NCBI GenBank assembly: GCA_964348935.1
Contig: CAYGEJ010000002.1
Location: 3,540-67,539, forward strand
Source of the DNA: an uncultured Candidatus Saccharibacteria bacterium
GTDB taxonomy: Bacteria; Patescibacteriota; Doudnabacteria; UBA920
Direction: 5' to 3'
Length of the DNA stretch: 64,000 nucleotides
Of the stretch, positions 36,534 to 46,637 are shown in pieces. Within the stretch, counting starts at the first letter, position 1. Each line of letters opens with the position of its first letter. The notes under the pieces are model-generated. The model worked only from the letters and a program-made list of their open reading frames with translations, was not told the origin of the DNA and searched no databases. Position numbers and translations under genes: made by a program.

Positions 36534-37733
36534 TTATTTATTTCCCGCTTGAATCGCGTATTTGTTTCCGCTAAATACATTTTTACCCCAAGACCAAAAC
36601 TTCTTTGGCCAATTTTTATCCATGCAGGGCTTTTCAATTAATAAATAAAAAATTGCAGAACATAGCATAATTATTGGGAATAATATCGCAAAATGCCATA
36701 TATATGAAATTGGATATAAATATGAAATATTAAACGCAATGGTCTTATTGCCCACCACAGCTATAATCAAATAATGCAACAAATAAATTGAGTAGCACAT
36801 TCCTCCAATAATAGTTAACCAACGAATAGAAAATATTCTTTTCCAAATATCATTCGTTAAAGCTAGGAGATAAAATCCAAGTATTGTAACTAAAAATATA
36901 TACTCTAAATAAAATTGAGCGGAAAAATCAACATACATAAAGAACAGTAAACACAACAGACCTATTGGTAAACTTAGCCAAGTCCCAAGCTTCGCCTTCC
37001 ATCCGGAAAGATAAATGTCAACCAATAAAAATCCTAATAGAAAATACTGCAGGTAGTTATAAATACTATAAAATCCTGGCTTGTAAAAGTGTTGGAGCAG
37101 AACGACAGCAGAAATAGCAACAACCAATAAAGTTGTTCTAACTTGCTTTGAAAGCTTAAAAACCAATACCAATAAAGGCACTAAAATATAAAACTGAATT
37201 TCTACTTCCAATGACCAGGCAACCGGGTTTATAGATAAGTTGTTTGGGTAAATAATATTATGCATATAAGCCAAGGATGAAGCAAAAGTCGGAAATAAAC
37301 CCGAAAAAGTTTTAGGAAACATACTAATAAAACCGTTGCCTTTTAAAAAAAGCACTGCAAGAAAACATGCAGTCATAACTAAAAAATATGGTGGTTCCAA
37401 TCTGGTAAGTCTTCTTAAGAAGTAATTTTTTAATTTAACAGGACTACCACCCTGAAGTTCTGCTTTTGCAAAAGGCATGGCTAAAATAAAACCACTAATC
37501 ACAAAGAATAAAAAAACACCTTTACGATCGGTATCTAAAAAATATAAAAACCACCAATAATCCACAGCTGGCTTTGTGAAAATGAAAGGGATTTTATTGA
37601 CCACAAAAATATTAATGTGAAATAAAATCACCATCATAATCGCAACAAACCTTAACCCATCAATCTGCGGAATAAAGCTTAAGCTGGTGGTTTGTCGCTG
37701 AAAAATATTATAAATTTTATCCAATTTATTCAT
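36534..37733 (-). CDS. Acyltransferase_3 family membrane O-acyltransferase
   Basis: DGLRFVAIMMVILFHI N-terminal motif and about 10 TM helices. Confidence 0.8.
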   Translation of the reverse strand: MNKLDKIYNIFQRQTTSLSFIPQIDGLRFVAIMMVILFHINIFVVNKIPFIFTKPAVDYWWFLYFLDTDRKGVFLFFVISGFILAMPFAKAELQGGSPVKLKNYFLRRLTRLEPPYFLVMTACFLAVLFLKGNGFISMFPKTFSGLFPTFASSLAYMHNIIYPNNLSINPVAWSLEVEIQFYILVPLLVLVFKLSKQVRTTLLVVAISAVVLLQHFYKPGFYSIYNYLQYFLLGFLLVDIYLSGWKAKLGTWLSLPIGLLCLLFFMYVDFSAQFYLEYIFLVTILGFYLLALTNDIWKRIFSIRWLTIIGGMCYSIYLLHYLIIAVVGNKTIAFNISYLYPISYIWHFAILFPIIMLCSAIFYLLIEKPCMDKNWPKKFWSWGKNVFSGNKYAIQAGNK

Positions 37734-38658
37734 TTTCTAAAGAACTAACAATATTTAAATATTTCTCTGCGCTAATTTTAAAAGTAAAATTATTTTTAAC
37801 ATACTTATCTGGCGAAAAACTTTCCTGGACAAATGTTTCTAAAACATTTTTAAAATCACTTACATTTTTAAATCTCATTCCCAATTCGTTATTTAAATAC
37901 GGACTTGCTGTATTGCCTTCAAACTTATATTGATCTTTTGCCCAAAAACCTCGATCCCATACCAAAGTAGGAACATTTCTAACCCAAGCTTCAAACATCG
38001 CAATCCCCTGGCTTTCACTTTCAGTTAAATAAATCAAATACTTGGAACGACTCAACAAATTAAAATATTCTTGCTGAGAAAATTTTCCATATTTTATAAG
38101 CTGATATGAATATTTTTCCCTGCCCAAGTCATCGGTAATATGTTTAATTAAAGCATCTGGACAAGTTTTTGCATAAACAAGAAAATCTGTATCCTTTAAT
38201 GTCCCTATATTTTCACTCAAAGCTACCCCAGCAGCCCATATTCTAATTTTACTCGCGATTTGAGGAGCAACACTGGTGTAAAAATCTTTAACCCATTGTG
38301 AAGGAACAATAATAATATCAATATCCGGGTGCTGTAACATTTTCCCAAAGTCATTTGGAGTAATGGCAATATTAGGCCCGGCAATTATTTTTTTAATATG
38401 ACCTAATTTCTTTTGTTTTAATGCCCAGGCTAAGGTTTTATGATTACTTAAAATACAAGCGGTATGGATTCTGCTGTGAATCTTACTGTTAATGGAATAA
38501 CTCACATTTAACTCATCAAGTCCGGAAACCAAACTTCGCATAACTGCCAAAGGTCCTCTGGAATTTTTGCCCAGTATTTTTTTAATCCAATATTTAAATT
38601 GAGAACTAACAAAGTAATTTTCAGTGTAAATATTAATTTTTTGCATGCAACCTCCCAA
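37726..38658 (-). CDS. Putative GT-B fold glycosyltransferase
   Basis: C-terminal E.QGIAMFEA...PTLV resembles the GT4 C-terminal motif; the N-terminus is unassigned. Confidence 0.4.
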   Translation of the reverse strand: MGGCMQKINIYTENYFVSSQFKYWIKKILGKNSRGPLAVMRSLVSGLDELNVSYSINSKIHSRIHTACILSNHKTLAWALKQKKLGHIKKIIAGPNIAITPNDFGKMLQHPDIDIIIVPSQWVKDFYTSVAPQIASKIRIWAAGVALSENIGTLKDTDFLVYAKTCPDALIKHITDDLGREKYSYQLIKYGKFSQQEYFNLLSRSKYLIYLTESESQGIAMFEAWVRNVPTLVWDRGFWAKDQYKFEGNTASPYLNNELGMRFKNVSDFKNVLETFVQESFSPDKYVKNNFTFKISAEKYLNIVSSLENE

Positions 38659-39541
38659 TCACAGCGAGCAAATCCTTATGTCTTTCCAAATGCAACGCTA
38701 AATACATACTAACACCATCTACAATCTTATCGGATTTAACTTCTTGAAGCTCTGGGGAACACAAAAAAACTTTATAACCTAAATTTTGCAAGTTACTTTG
38801 AGTGTCAAAAAAACTATTATTCTTAAAATTGTTTGAATTTGCTGTAAGGGCGGACTCATACCAAATAACGGGATAGGATAAAGAAATTATTCTTTGAGAG
38901 CCTTTTAACACTTGGAGTTCAAAACCCTCAACATCAATCTTCATAAAATCCGGCAACTTTAAATTATGCAATTGTGCAAACTCATCAAGTTTATAAACTG
39001 GCACTTTAACCTTATCTAATTTACTATGCCTGTTACCTAAAAAATCTTTACTTAAAGAACTTCCGCTTCCTGCTAAAAAAAATTCTGCCTCACCTGAAAT
39101 ATCCCCCAAAGCAACATTATAAATATCACATAGGGAATTTAGATTATTTAAACTCAGTGTTTCTGATTCAATTAAATTATTTTTTTTTATTGGTTCAAAA
39201 GAATACGTGTGAATTTTACCTTTACCAATATAAGCTGCCATTACTCCAAAATAACCCGTGTTAGCTCCTATATCATAAAATACCAACTCCTCCTGCTTGG
39301 TTTGCAATTGCTTAAGTATATTAAGCACTAGCTGCGTTCCGTCAGGTTCTACCACTCCATTATACAAAATGCCGTGTGCTATATCGGACATATCTAAAAC
39401 ATTTCCAGAATACCAAAAACCCACACTAGATTTTACTGCTGTAAAATTATTAACCGCAACCTGTTCAGGAAAATAAACAATTCTTCGATTAATTAGTCTG
39501 CCTAATTTATTTAATACACTTATAAATAAACTTCTGAGCAT
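38633..39541 (-). CDS. FkbM-family SAM-dependent methyltransferase
   Basis: YDIGANTGYFG (SAM motif I) and MKIDVEGFELQVLKG, typical of Methyltransf_21/FkbM. Confidence 0.8.
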   Translation of the reverse strand: MLRSLFISVLNKLGRLINRRIVYFPEQVAVNNFTAVKSSVGFWYSGNVLDMSDIAHGILYNGVVEPDGTQLVLNILKQLQTKQEELVFYDIGANTGYFGVMAAYIGKGKIHTYSFEPIKKNNLIESETLSLNNLNSLCDIYNVALGDISGEAEFFLAGSGSSLSKDFLGNRHSKLDKVKVPVYKLDEFAQLHNLKLPDFMKIDVEGFELQVLKGSQRIISLSYPVIWYESALTANSNNFKNNSFFDTQSNLQNLGYKVFLCSPELQEVKSDKIVDGVSMYLALHLERHKDLLAVIGRLHAKN

Positions 39542-39548
39542 TTAATTT

Positions 39549-40151
39549 TTATTTGTTAATTGATTCCCATTTTGTCTGAGTAATTTTAATCCTTGGGTCG
39601 GAGACAATTAAATGCCAAATTACCCCTTGAAAACTTTCTGAATGAGGTGTAATTCTCTCGGCTGAAGCTTCTGGTACTAACACACACGCATTAGCCACTT
39701 CAGCTGTATAACCACCTTTCGGACCCACAACCCCCCCAATACTGCAACCAACTTCCTTTCCGTAAGTAAGTGCCTCAACTAAGTTAGCACTAACATTTTT
39801 TTCTTTATTTCCACCGCCGACAGAAAAAACAAATAACATATCATTTTTATTTAACCTGCTCCCTTTTAGCCATTCCACAAAAACTGTCGACCAACCCTCG
39901 TCGTTGGTTCTGGCAGTTAATTCAGAAACATTATCTGTCGGGGCATAAGCCTCAAAACCTGCAATCTTGCGAAAATCATTTACGGCATGCGAAGCATTAC
40001 CCGCACTCCCACCAACACCCAATATAAATAAACGGCCGTGCTGATCTCGAACTTTTGCCAATAATTCTATTAAATTGTCGATAGATTTTCTATCCAGTTG
40101 CTGTAATATATTCACCCCTTCATTCAAATATGTGTCTATAAAATTTTCCAT
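39549..40151 (-). CDS. gmhA: SIS-domain sedoheptulose-7-phosphate isomerase (GmhA-like)
   Basis: RLFILGVGGSAGNASHAVNDF and FVFSVGGGN SIS motifs, with a GmhA-like length of about 200 aa. Confidence 0.75.
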   Translation of the reverse strand: MENFIDTYLNEGVNILQQLDRKSIDNLIELLAKVRDQHGRLFILGVGGSAGNASHAVNDFRKIAGFEAYAPTDNVSELTARTNDEGWSTVFVEWLKGSRLNKNDMLFVFSVGGGNKEKNVSANLVEALTYGKEVGCSIGGVVGPKGGYTAEVANACVLVPEASAERITPHSESFQGVIWHLIVSDPRIKITQTKWESINK

Positions 40152-40156
40152 AAATA

Positions 40157-41185
40157 TTACTTAATTTGTATAATCTTACCACTTCGTGCCGAGCGGTACA
40201 AGGCTTCTAAAATTTTATTTACTTCCAAATTTTCTTTGGCATTTGCCAAAGGTTCTCTTTTTTCTAAAATAGAATTTCTAAACTCTTTCCACTCTTCTCT
40301 CCAAGAAATATCTTTTTCTTCAAAGTCAAAAATTTGTTCTTTAGGAACTTTACCAAACCCCACTTCAGTTCCTAATACTAAAGTTTCTTTACCATAACTT
40401 TTTCCAAGACCGTTAATAACCAAATAACCCAGGCTACCAAAAATTTCAAAACTAAATTTATTTTTCCATTGAGTTAAGCTTGAGTGAAAAGTTGCGACCT
40501 GTCCTTTTTTATTTGTAAGTTCGCAAAAAGCATTATCTTCCAAATTACTCTTTTTCCAATAGTAATTACGAGTTATGCCAAATGCTTTTGTAAAACCACC
40601 AATAAACCAATTAGCCAAATCTATAACGTGAACACCTTGGTCAAACAATTCACCGCCAACCGAGTACTTCTTTTGCATTCGCCATTCAGTATCGTATCCC
40701 GGCCTGGCACCATGGCCATAAACGGCTCGCAAATAAAATACCTTACCTATAGCCCCGGACTTCACCAACTCATACGCTTTAAATAAAGCGGGATGGTGTC
40801 GGTGATTAAAACCAACCTTGAGCACACGTTTATATTTTTTAGTTAATCCAAATATTTTTTTCGCTTCATGACTACTTTTTCCAAGTGGCTTTTCTGCTAA
40901 AACATCCTTACCATTTTTTAATGCTTCCGCAACTATTTTAACATTTACATCTGTTGGCGTAGCCACAATTATTACATCTATTAAAGGATCTTTAATCATC
41001 TCTTGCCATGTAGAAAATATTTTTACATTTGTGTTAGTGGCTATCTTTCTGGCGTTTTCTAAATTAACGTCAAAAACACCCGTAACAATATCCCTACCTA
41101 ACTCTGTTATAGCCAGAGCTCTTTTATTGCCAATATTTCCAGCGCCAATAATCCCGACTCTAAATTGTTTTTTATTATTCTTCAT
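40157..41185 (-). CDS. Gfo/Idh/MocA-family NAD(P)-dependent sugar oxidoreductase
   Basis: Rossmann VGIIGAGNIGNKRA and the EKP motif LAEKPL. Confidence 0.85.
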   Translation of the reverse strand: MKNNKKQFRVGIIGAGNIGNKRALAITELGRDIVTGVFDVNLENARKIATNTNVKIFSTWQEMIKDPLIDVIIVATPTDVNVKIVAEALKNGKDVLAEKPLGKSSHEAKKIFGLTKKYKRVLKVGFNHRHHPALFKAYELVKSGAIGKVFYLRAVYGHGARPGYDTEWRMQKKYSVGGELFDQGVHVIDLANWFIGGFTKAFGITRNYYWKKSNLEDNAFCELTNKKGQVATFHSSLTQWKNKFSFEIFGSLGYLVINGLGKSYGKETLVLGTEVGFGKVPKEQIFDFEEKDISWREEWKEFRNSILEKREPLANAKENLEVNKILEALYRSARSGKIIQIK

Positions 41186-41190
41186 AATAT

Positions 41191-42057
41191 TTACTTTGAG
41201 TGAAAATACTTATTATCAATCCTTCTAAGAGTAAATTCGGAATTTTTATTTAAATTTTCAACCCTCTCTTCATTCCACTCCTGCCAGTTATCCCATTTCG
41301 CTGAAATAACTTTACCGGTTAATTTTCCCGAACATAAACTCAAAACGAGTTCAGCAGCTAACTCGGCTGAGTCTCCTCCGCTCTTCTTTTGTTGTAATGA
41401 TTTTTCATAAAATTCTTTACCTACTTTTTTTACACCGGCTTTTAATACTTTATCTAGGAACAAAGTATTAATTGCTCCTGGAGCTATAGCATTCACTTGA
41501 ATATTTTGATCTTCGAATTCCTTAGCTAAATTTTCTGTAAACCTTACTACCGCTGCTTTAGAAGTCGCATAGCAAGAAAAATTTGGAAAAGGCTGAACAG
41601 CCCCACCACCGGAAAGATTAATTATTTTGCCACTCTTCTTCTTTAACATTAAAGGTAATACTGCGTTGCATGAATAAGCAGTACCAAGTAAGTTAATATT
41701 CATTGCCTCTGCCCATAAAACCATATCGTTTGTTTCAAACCTCCCAATTGGTCCATAAACCCCAGCACAGTTTACCAGCACATCTATTCTTTTATACTTT
41801 TTATAAATTTCACTATAAATTTTTTTTAAAGTATTAAATTTAGAAACATCAGCTTTATAAATTTCGCAATACCCCAATTTCTGAATTTCTTTTTGAGCTT
41901 CTTTAAGTTTATTTATCTGTCTGCCTAAAATAACAACAACTGCCCCAGCTTTACTAAAACTTTTTGCCACCATAAAACCAATTCCACTGGCTCCGCCTGT
42001 AACAATTACAACTTTTTTGGTAAAATTATAAGTCATATTTTCCAATCCCCGTTCCAA
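41191..42057 (-). CDS. Short-chain dehydrogenase/reductase (SDR)
   Basis: TGGASGIG; NCAG; YxxxK (YATSKAA). Confidence 0.85.
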   Translation of the reverse strand: MERGLENMTYNFTKKVVIVTGGASGIGFMVAKSFSKAGAVVVILGRQINKLKEAQKEIQKLGYCEIYKADVSKFNTLKKIYSEIYKKYKRIDVLVNCAGVYGPIGRFETNDMVLWAEAMNINLLGTAYSCNAVLPLMLKKKSGKIINLSGGGAVQPFPNFSCYATSKAAVVRFTENLAKEFEDQNIQVNAIAPGAINTLFLDKVLKAGVKKVGKEFYEKSLQQKKSGGDSAELAAELVLSLCSGKLTGKVISAKWDNWQEWNEERVENLNKNSEFTLRRIDNKYFHSK

Positions 42058-43327
42058 AATAGTTAAAATTTAATGATTCTAAGTCATTTTTAGATAAAAT
42101 ATTTTTGGTATCAAATATATTTAACTGCTTCAAATTTTTACTAATTTTATTATAATCCAAATTTTTAAATTCCGGCCATTCGGTAATTATTACAACAGCA
42201 TCAGCTCCCATACTTGCCTCATAAGGATCGCTAAATAATTTTACAGGCAAAACCAGTTTTGGGTTGTCTAGCGATGGATCGAAACCATTCACCACAGCGC
42301 CCTTTTTGGTTAGCCAATTTGCAATCTCCAAAGCTAAAGATCTGCGTAAAGTGTTGGTTCCTGGTTTGTAGACCAAACCAAACATGACGATTTTCTTTCC
42401 TTTTAAATTCTTAAGCTGTCCAATAATTTTTTTATAAAATACTTCTTTTCGATTTTGGTTAATTTTATAAATAACAGTAATAAGGGGTAAGCTAACTTTA
42501 TTTACTTGTGCCAAGCCTTCCAAAACCCTCAAATCCCGTCCCAAAGTCCCCCCGGCAAAACCTAAGCCCGGTGCCAAAAACGCCTTTTGACCTATTCGAG
42601 TATCGCTTTTCATTCCTTTAACCACATCTACAATATTTGCTCCCAATTTTTCACTTAAGTCAGAAATTTGATTTATAAAGCTTACGGACATTGCCAAAAA
42701 ACTATTCACTCCATGCTTCACAAATTCCGCACTTTCCAAAGACATAAATAAAATTGGATTTTTATAAAAACTATAAAAATCTCGCATTCTTTCTTCTGCA
42801 ACTTTTGAACTTACTCCAATAATTTGCCTGTCGGCATTTAAGTAAGTATCTATAGCCTGGCTGAGTCTTAAATTTTCCGGGTTATAAACTACTTCCAAAC
42901 CTTTAATTTTTTTCTTTAACTTATTAAAAATTTTCCTGGAAGTTCCGGCTGGAATCTGGCTCATAATTATTACCGTGGAATTTGTACTTGCGTACTTACC
43001 TATCGCTCTTACAGCTTTCTCAATTACAAATAAATTCGGCTTGTCGTTGTCTCCTACTGGAGTATCGTAACCAATTACAATAAACTGACTACCCTTGAGT
43101 TTGCTAAAGTCCGAAGTAAAACTCAATTGCTTGAGTTTTAGCATTGTTTGAGTAAGCTCTGTAAGCCCAGCTTCCTGTATGGGCAGAATTCCTTGCTGTA
43201 GTTTCTCAATATCTTTTTTATCAAAATCGAACCCTGTAACATTAAAGCCTGAACTTGCTAAACTGGCTGCGACACTACAACCCAAATGCCACAATCCAAT
43301 TACTGCAACATTTTTTTTATTTTCCAT
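42026..43327 (-). CDS. UDP-sugar 6-dehydrogenase (Ugd/WbpA/WecC family nucleotide-sugar dehydrogenase)
   Basis: VAVIGLWHLGCSVAAS NAD-binding motif, GLGFAGGTLGRD catalytic-Cys region, and about 433 aa. Confidence 0.85.
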   Translation of the reverse strand: MENKKNVAVIGLWHLGCSVAASLASSGFNVTGFDFDKKDIEKLQQGILPIQEAGLTELTQTMLKLKQLSFTSDFSKLKGSQFIVIGYDTPVGDNDKPNLFVIEKAVRAIGKYASTNSTVIIMSQIPAGTSRKIFNKLKKKIKGLEVVYNPENLRLSQAIDTYLNADRQIIGVSSKVAEERMRDFYSFYKNPILFMSLESAEFVKHGVNSFLAMSVSFINQISDLSEKLGANIVDVVKGMKSDTRIGQKAFLAPGLGFAGGTLGRDLRVLEGLAQVNKVSLPLITVIYKINQNRKEVFYKKIIGQLKNLKGKKIVMFGLVYKPGTNTLRRSLALEIANWLTKKGAVVNGFDPSLDNPKLVLPVKLFSDPYEASMGADAVVIITEWPEFKNLDYNKISKNLKQLNIFDTKNILSKNDLESLNFNYFGTGIGKYDL

Positions 43328-44324
43328 TTGTGTGCTGATATAAATTTAACAAAACCTTACTTCCTTCAAAATCATAGTTAAACGGTAATTCGGTTAAGCC
43401 TTTTTCCGAAAGAACCCTTCTAAATTCTTTTCGATTATTGGGAACGAAAAATAAAAATAAACCGCCGCCGCCACTACCCATAATCTTACCTCCTTCAGCT
43501 CCATTTTGCATCGCCAAATCATAAACCTCATCCATCCAGGGATCGGAAATTTTTGCAGACATGGTTTTTTTAGCTTGCCAGTGTTTGTGCATTAACTTAC
43601 CAAAATTACTGCAATCCCCATTTTCAAATTCAGAAAGAATTTGCACTCCTATATTTTTTATTTCTAGCAAAGCCTTTTCTACCTGGCTTTCACTTATAGA
43701 AGCATTTTCACTCTGTTCCTTTAAAATATCTGTGGTGTCATGTTGCTTGTGGGTGTAAAAAAGCACACACTTATACTCGAGCTCTTCTATTAAGTCTGAA
43801 CTTATGTTTGCCTGTCTAGATTTAACCACACCGTCCCTGTCTATATTTAATACAGTAAACCCACCTAAAGAGGCTAAGTACTGGTCCTGTTTACCAATTG
43901 GTTTTTTTAAAGTTTCTAATTCTATTTTGCATGCTAAATCCGCCAACTCTTCCCGGGAAATAACATCTCTATTTAGTTCATACAAGGCTTTAAGTAACCC
44001 TATTAAATACGCAGACGAAGACCCCATTCCGGTTCCAGCAGGAAGGTCTGCAAAAGACGAAATCTCAATTTGGTCATTTATCCCAGCATGCCTTAAAGCT
44101 TCTCTGGCAAGTTCGTGCTTTAATTCCTCTAACTTAACAACAGTTTCAGATGTAGAATATTTTACTCTAATTAATTTATCTACAAGGGGTTTATTTAAGG
44201 CAACGTAAATATACTTATTAATGCTCGCACTAAAAATAAAACCGCCATGTTTTTTGTAAAAATTTGGTAAGTCTGTTCCTCCCCCGCCCAAAGGCATACG
44301 GAATGGTGTTCGTGTAATTATCAT
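43317..44324 (-). CDS. GHMP-family sugar kinase (D-glycero-alpha-D-manno-heptose 7-phosphate kinase HddA-like)
   Basis: MIITRTPFRMPLGGGGTDLPNFYKKHGG N-terminus and GHMP motif PAGTGMGSSSA. Confidence 0.7.
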   Translation of the reverse strand: MIITRTPFRMPLGGGGTDLPNFYKKHGGFIFSASINKYIYVALNKPLVDKLIRVKYSTSETVVKLEELKHELAREALRHAGINDQIEISSFADLPAGTGMGSSSAYLIGLLKALYELNRDVISREELADLACKIELETLKKPIGKQDQYLASLGGFTVLNIDRDGVVKSRQANISSDLIEELEYKCVLFYTHKQHDTTDILKEQSENASISESQVEKALLEIKNIGVQILSEFENGDCSNFGKLMHKHWQAKKTMSAKISDPWMDEVYDLAMQNGAEGGKIMGSGGGGLFLFFVPNNRKEFRRVLSEKGLTELPFNYDFEGSKVLLNLYQHTNGK

Positions 44325-45085
44325 TATTGTTTAAAATACTTATTAGCTTTTTCTAAACTTTCTAAATTATCTATACCAAATAGAGCTTCATGTGGCTCAA
44401 TTACATACCCTTTTAGTTTTTTTAAATTATTTAGCATTTCCGGAAAAACATGCTTGCCAAAATCGTAAAAGGTTTTTGCAGGAATATAGTTTAATACTTC
44501 TGGAGTTAACTTATAAATACCACCATTTACATAATTTATTTCCGGCTTATGCTGGGCTTCGTAAAAACCTACAACATTATTTTGTTCGTCTATTTCCACT
44601 ACACCTCCTGCAATTCCACTGTTTGCACTTTTTGTCCTGTCGAATAACAATAAACTTCCAACCTCGTCTTTTCCTAAAGTTTGTTTTATAAATTTACTAA
44701 AATCTAAATCAAATAAATTATCTCCATACACCACCAGGAACTCTTCATTATTTTTAAAATGATGTTCTACTTTTTTTAAACCGCCTGCGGTTCCTAATAT
44801 TTCCGGTTCATGGGAATATTCGATATTTACACCAAAATCACTACCGTCTCCAAAATAACTAGTAACTGCTTCTGGGAAATAATGTGTATTAATAACTAGC
44901 TCTGTAACTCCCGCATTTTTTAACTGGGTAATTGTTCGTTCTAAAATTTTCTTCCCCGCAACTTCCACCATAACTTTTGGCTGGCTTTCTGTTAACGGAC
45001 GAAGTCTGGTTCCAAGCCCAGCAGCCAATACAAAGGCTTTTCCGCCAAAGGCCGATCCCGCTTCGCGGGACATATTATTTACCAT
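44324..45085 (-). CDS. Sugar-1-phosphate nucleotidyltransferase (heptose-1-P guanylyltransferase HddC-like)
   Basis: AFVLAAGLGTRLRPLTESQPKVMV NTP-transferase motif; about 250 aa. Confidence 0.75.
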   Translation of the reverse strand: MVNNMSREAGSAFGGKAFVLAAGLGTRLRPLTESQPKVMVEVAGKKILERTITQLKNAGVTELVINTHYFPEAVTSYFGDGSDFGVNIEYSHEPEILGTAGGLKKVEHHFKNNEEFLVVYGDNLFDLDFSKFIKQTLGKDEVGSLLLFDRTKSANSGIAGGVVEIDEQNNVVGFYEAQHKPEINYVNGGIYKLTPEVLNYIPAKTFYDFGKHVFPEMLNNLKKLKGYVIEPHEALFGIDNLESLEKANKYFKQ

Positions 45086-45087
45086 AT

Positions 45088-46083
45088 TTATAATTTCTCC
45101 TTAACAACATATTTTTTTATATACTCAATACTTCCACCCATACCCTGCTCCAAACTAACTTTAGGCTTCCAACCTAAAGCACTGGCTTTGGTTATGTCTG
45201 CTAAATTCTCCTGCGCCTCTCCAACTTGGTCTGGCCTAAATTCTGGTTCAATATTACTTCCTAAAATATTTTTTATAGTTTGAAAAATATCCAAAATAGA
45301 AATATTTTTTCCTGTACCGAGGTTATAAATTTCGCCATTAGTACGATCATCGTTCATAGCCAAAATATGAAAATCGTTTAAATCGTCTACATGAATAAAA
45401 TCTCGGCGTTTACTGCCATTACCATAAATAATAGGACTTTCGCCTTTTAACATTTTTATTATAAAAGCGCTAAAAACTGGTGGAATACTACGTCGATAAT
45501 CTTGCCTTGGTCCGTAAACATTAAAATAGCGTAGCGCAGTGGTCTTGAGTCCGTAAAAACGTTCGAATGCCTCGCCAAAATATTTAGTTGCCATTTTACT
45601 CACTGCATAAAAAGTTTCCGGATGTTCGTCTGTTTCCGGTGTTGGTAAAATTTTACTACCCTCATATATTGCAGAAGTTTCAGCATAAATTACTTTACGC
45701 ACCTTTGCCTTAGCAGAGGCTAAAAATACATTTACAGTTCCAGTTACATTTATATCTGCCGTACCCAACGGGTCAGTTTGACAATCTGGAATGCTGTTTT
45801 TTGCAGCAAAATGAAAAACTGTATCTACCCCTTCAAATATCGGATAAATTTCCGGACTTCGAATATCTAACTGATGAAATTTAACCCCTGTTGGGATTTG
45901 CTCTTTGACTCCATAAGCTAAATTATCTATACCTATTACTTCGTACCCTTCCCCAATCAATCGATCTGCCAAATTACTTCCAATAAATCCAGCGACACCT
46001 GTAATTAAAACTTTTTTATTAGCCATATCTTTACAAAATTTTAACAAGTAATTGTACTGAATTTTACCATAAAAATGCCTCAA
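45088..46083 (-). CDS. NAD-dependent nucleotide-sugar epimerase/dehydratase (candidate GDP-heptose 4,6-dehydratase)
   Basis: VLITGVAGFIGSNLADRL, YxxxK in YAVSKMATKY, 331 aa; located within the heptose gene set. Confidence 0.8.
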   Translation of the reverse strand: MRHFYGKIQYNYLLKFCKDMANKKVLITGVAGFIGSNLADRLIGEGYEVIGIDNLAYGVKEQIPTGVKFHQLDIRSPEIYPIFEGVDTVFHFAAKNSIPDCQTDPLGTADINVTGTVNVFLASAKAKVRKVIYAETSAIYEGSKILPTPETDEHPETFYAVSKMATKYFGEAFERFYGLKTTALRYFNVYGPRQDYRRSIPPVFSAFIIKMLKGESPIIYGNGSKRRDFIHVDDLNDFHILAMNDDRTNGEIYNLGTGKNISILDIFQTIKNILGSNIEPEFRPDQVGEAQENLADITKASALGWKPKVSLEQGMGGSIEYIKKYVVKEKL

Positions 46084-46096
46084 TAGGCAATAAAAA

Positions 46097-46636
46097 TTAA
46101 CTTAAATACTTAGGAATTTGCCCTAGAGATTCCACCTGAAAATCAAAGCCGGTAACTTCTATATTATATTTTGTCTTGACTAAAATACTTTTTATTCCAG
46201 CGTTCATGGCGCAGTCTATATCTTTCTGGCTATCACCCACCAAATAACTTTCTTCAAGATTTATCCCATAATCTTTTACTGCATCTAACACTAGTCCAAT
46301 TTTTGGTTTTCTACAATTACAATTATCCTTGTTGTCATGAGGGCAAACATAAATAGCGTTTATAGTTGGGATGTGTATTTTTAAAAAATCATGCATTTGG
46401 TTTAGTTCTTCCCATTCCATTTTGTTTCTTGCAATATCTGGTTGGTTGGTAATAATAATATTTAAAAAACCCAAAACTTTGGTTTTTGCAAGCACCTCTG
46501 CAACACCCTCAAATAAGTTAAAATCCTGATATTTTAATGGCGAGACATTTTGTTGGCCATCTTGCCTAAGAGCAACAACATGGTTTAAAACTCCGTCCCT
46601 GTCCCAAAATATCGCTTTGTTGTTAAGTTGTGTCAT
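46097..46636 (-). CDS. gmhB: D,D-heptose 1,7-bisphosphate phosphatase GmhB (HAD-IIIA)
   Basis: IFWDRDGVLN HAD motif I; Cys cluster CPHDNKDNCNCRKP; GDS motif III. Confidence 0.8.
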   Translation of the reverse strand: MTQLNNKAIFWDRDGVLNHVVALRQDGQQNVSPLKYQDFNLFEGVAEVLAKTKVLGFLNIIITNQPDIARNKMEWEELNQMHDFLKIHIPTINAIYVCPHDNKDNCNCRKPKIGLVLDAVKDYGINLEESYLVGDSQKDIDCAMNAGIKSILVKTKYNIEVTGFDFQVESLGQIPKYLS

Positions 46637-46637
46637 T

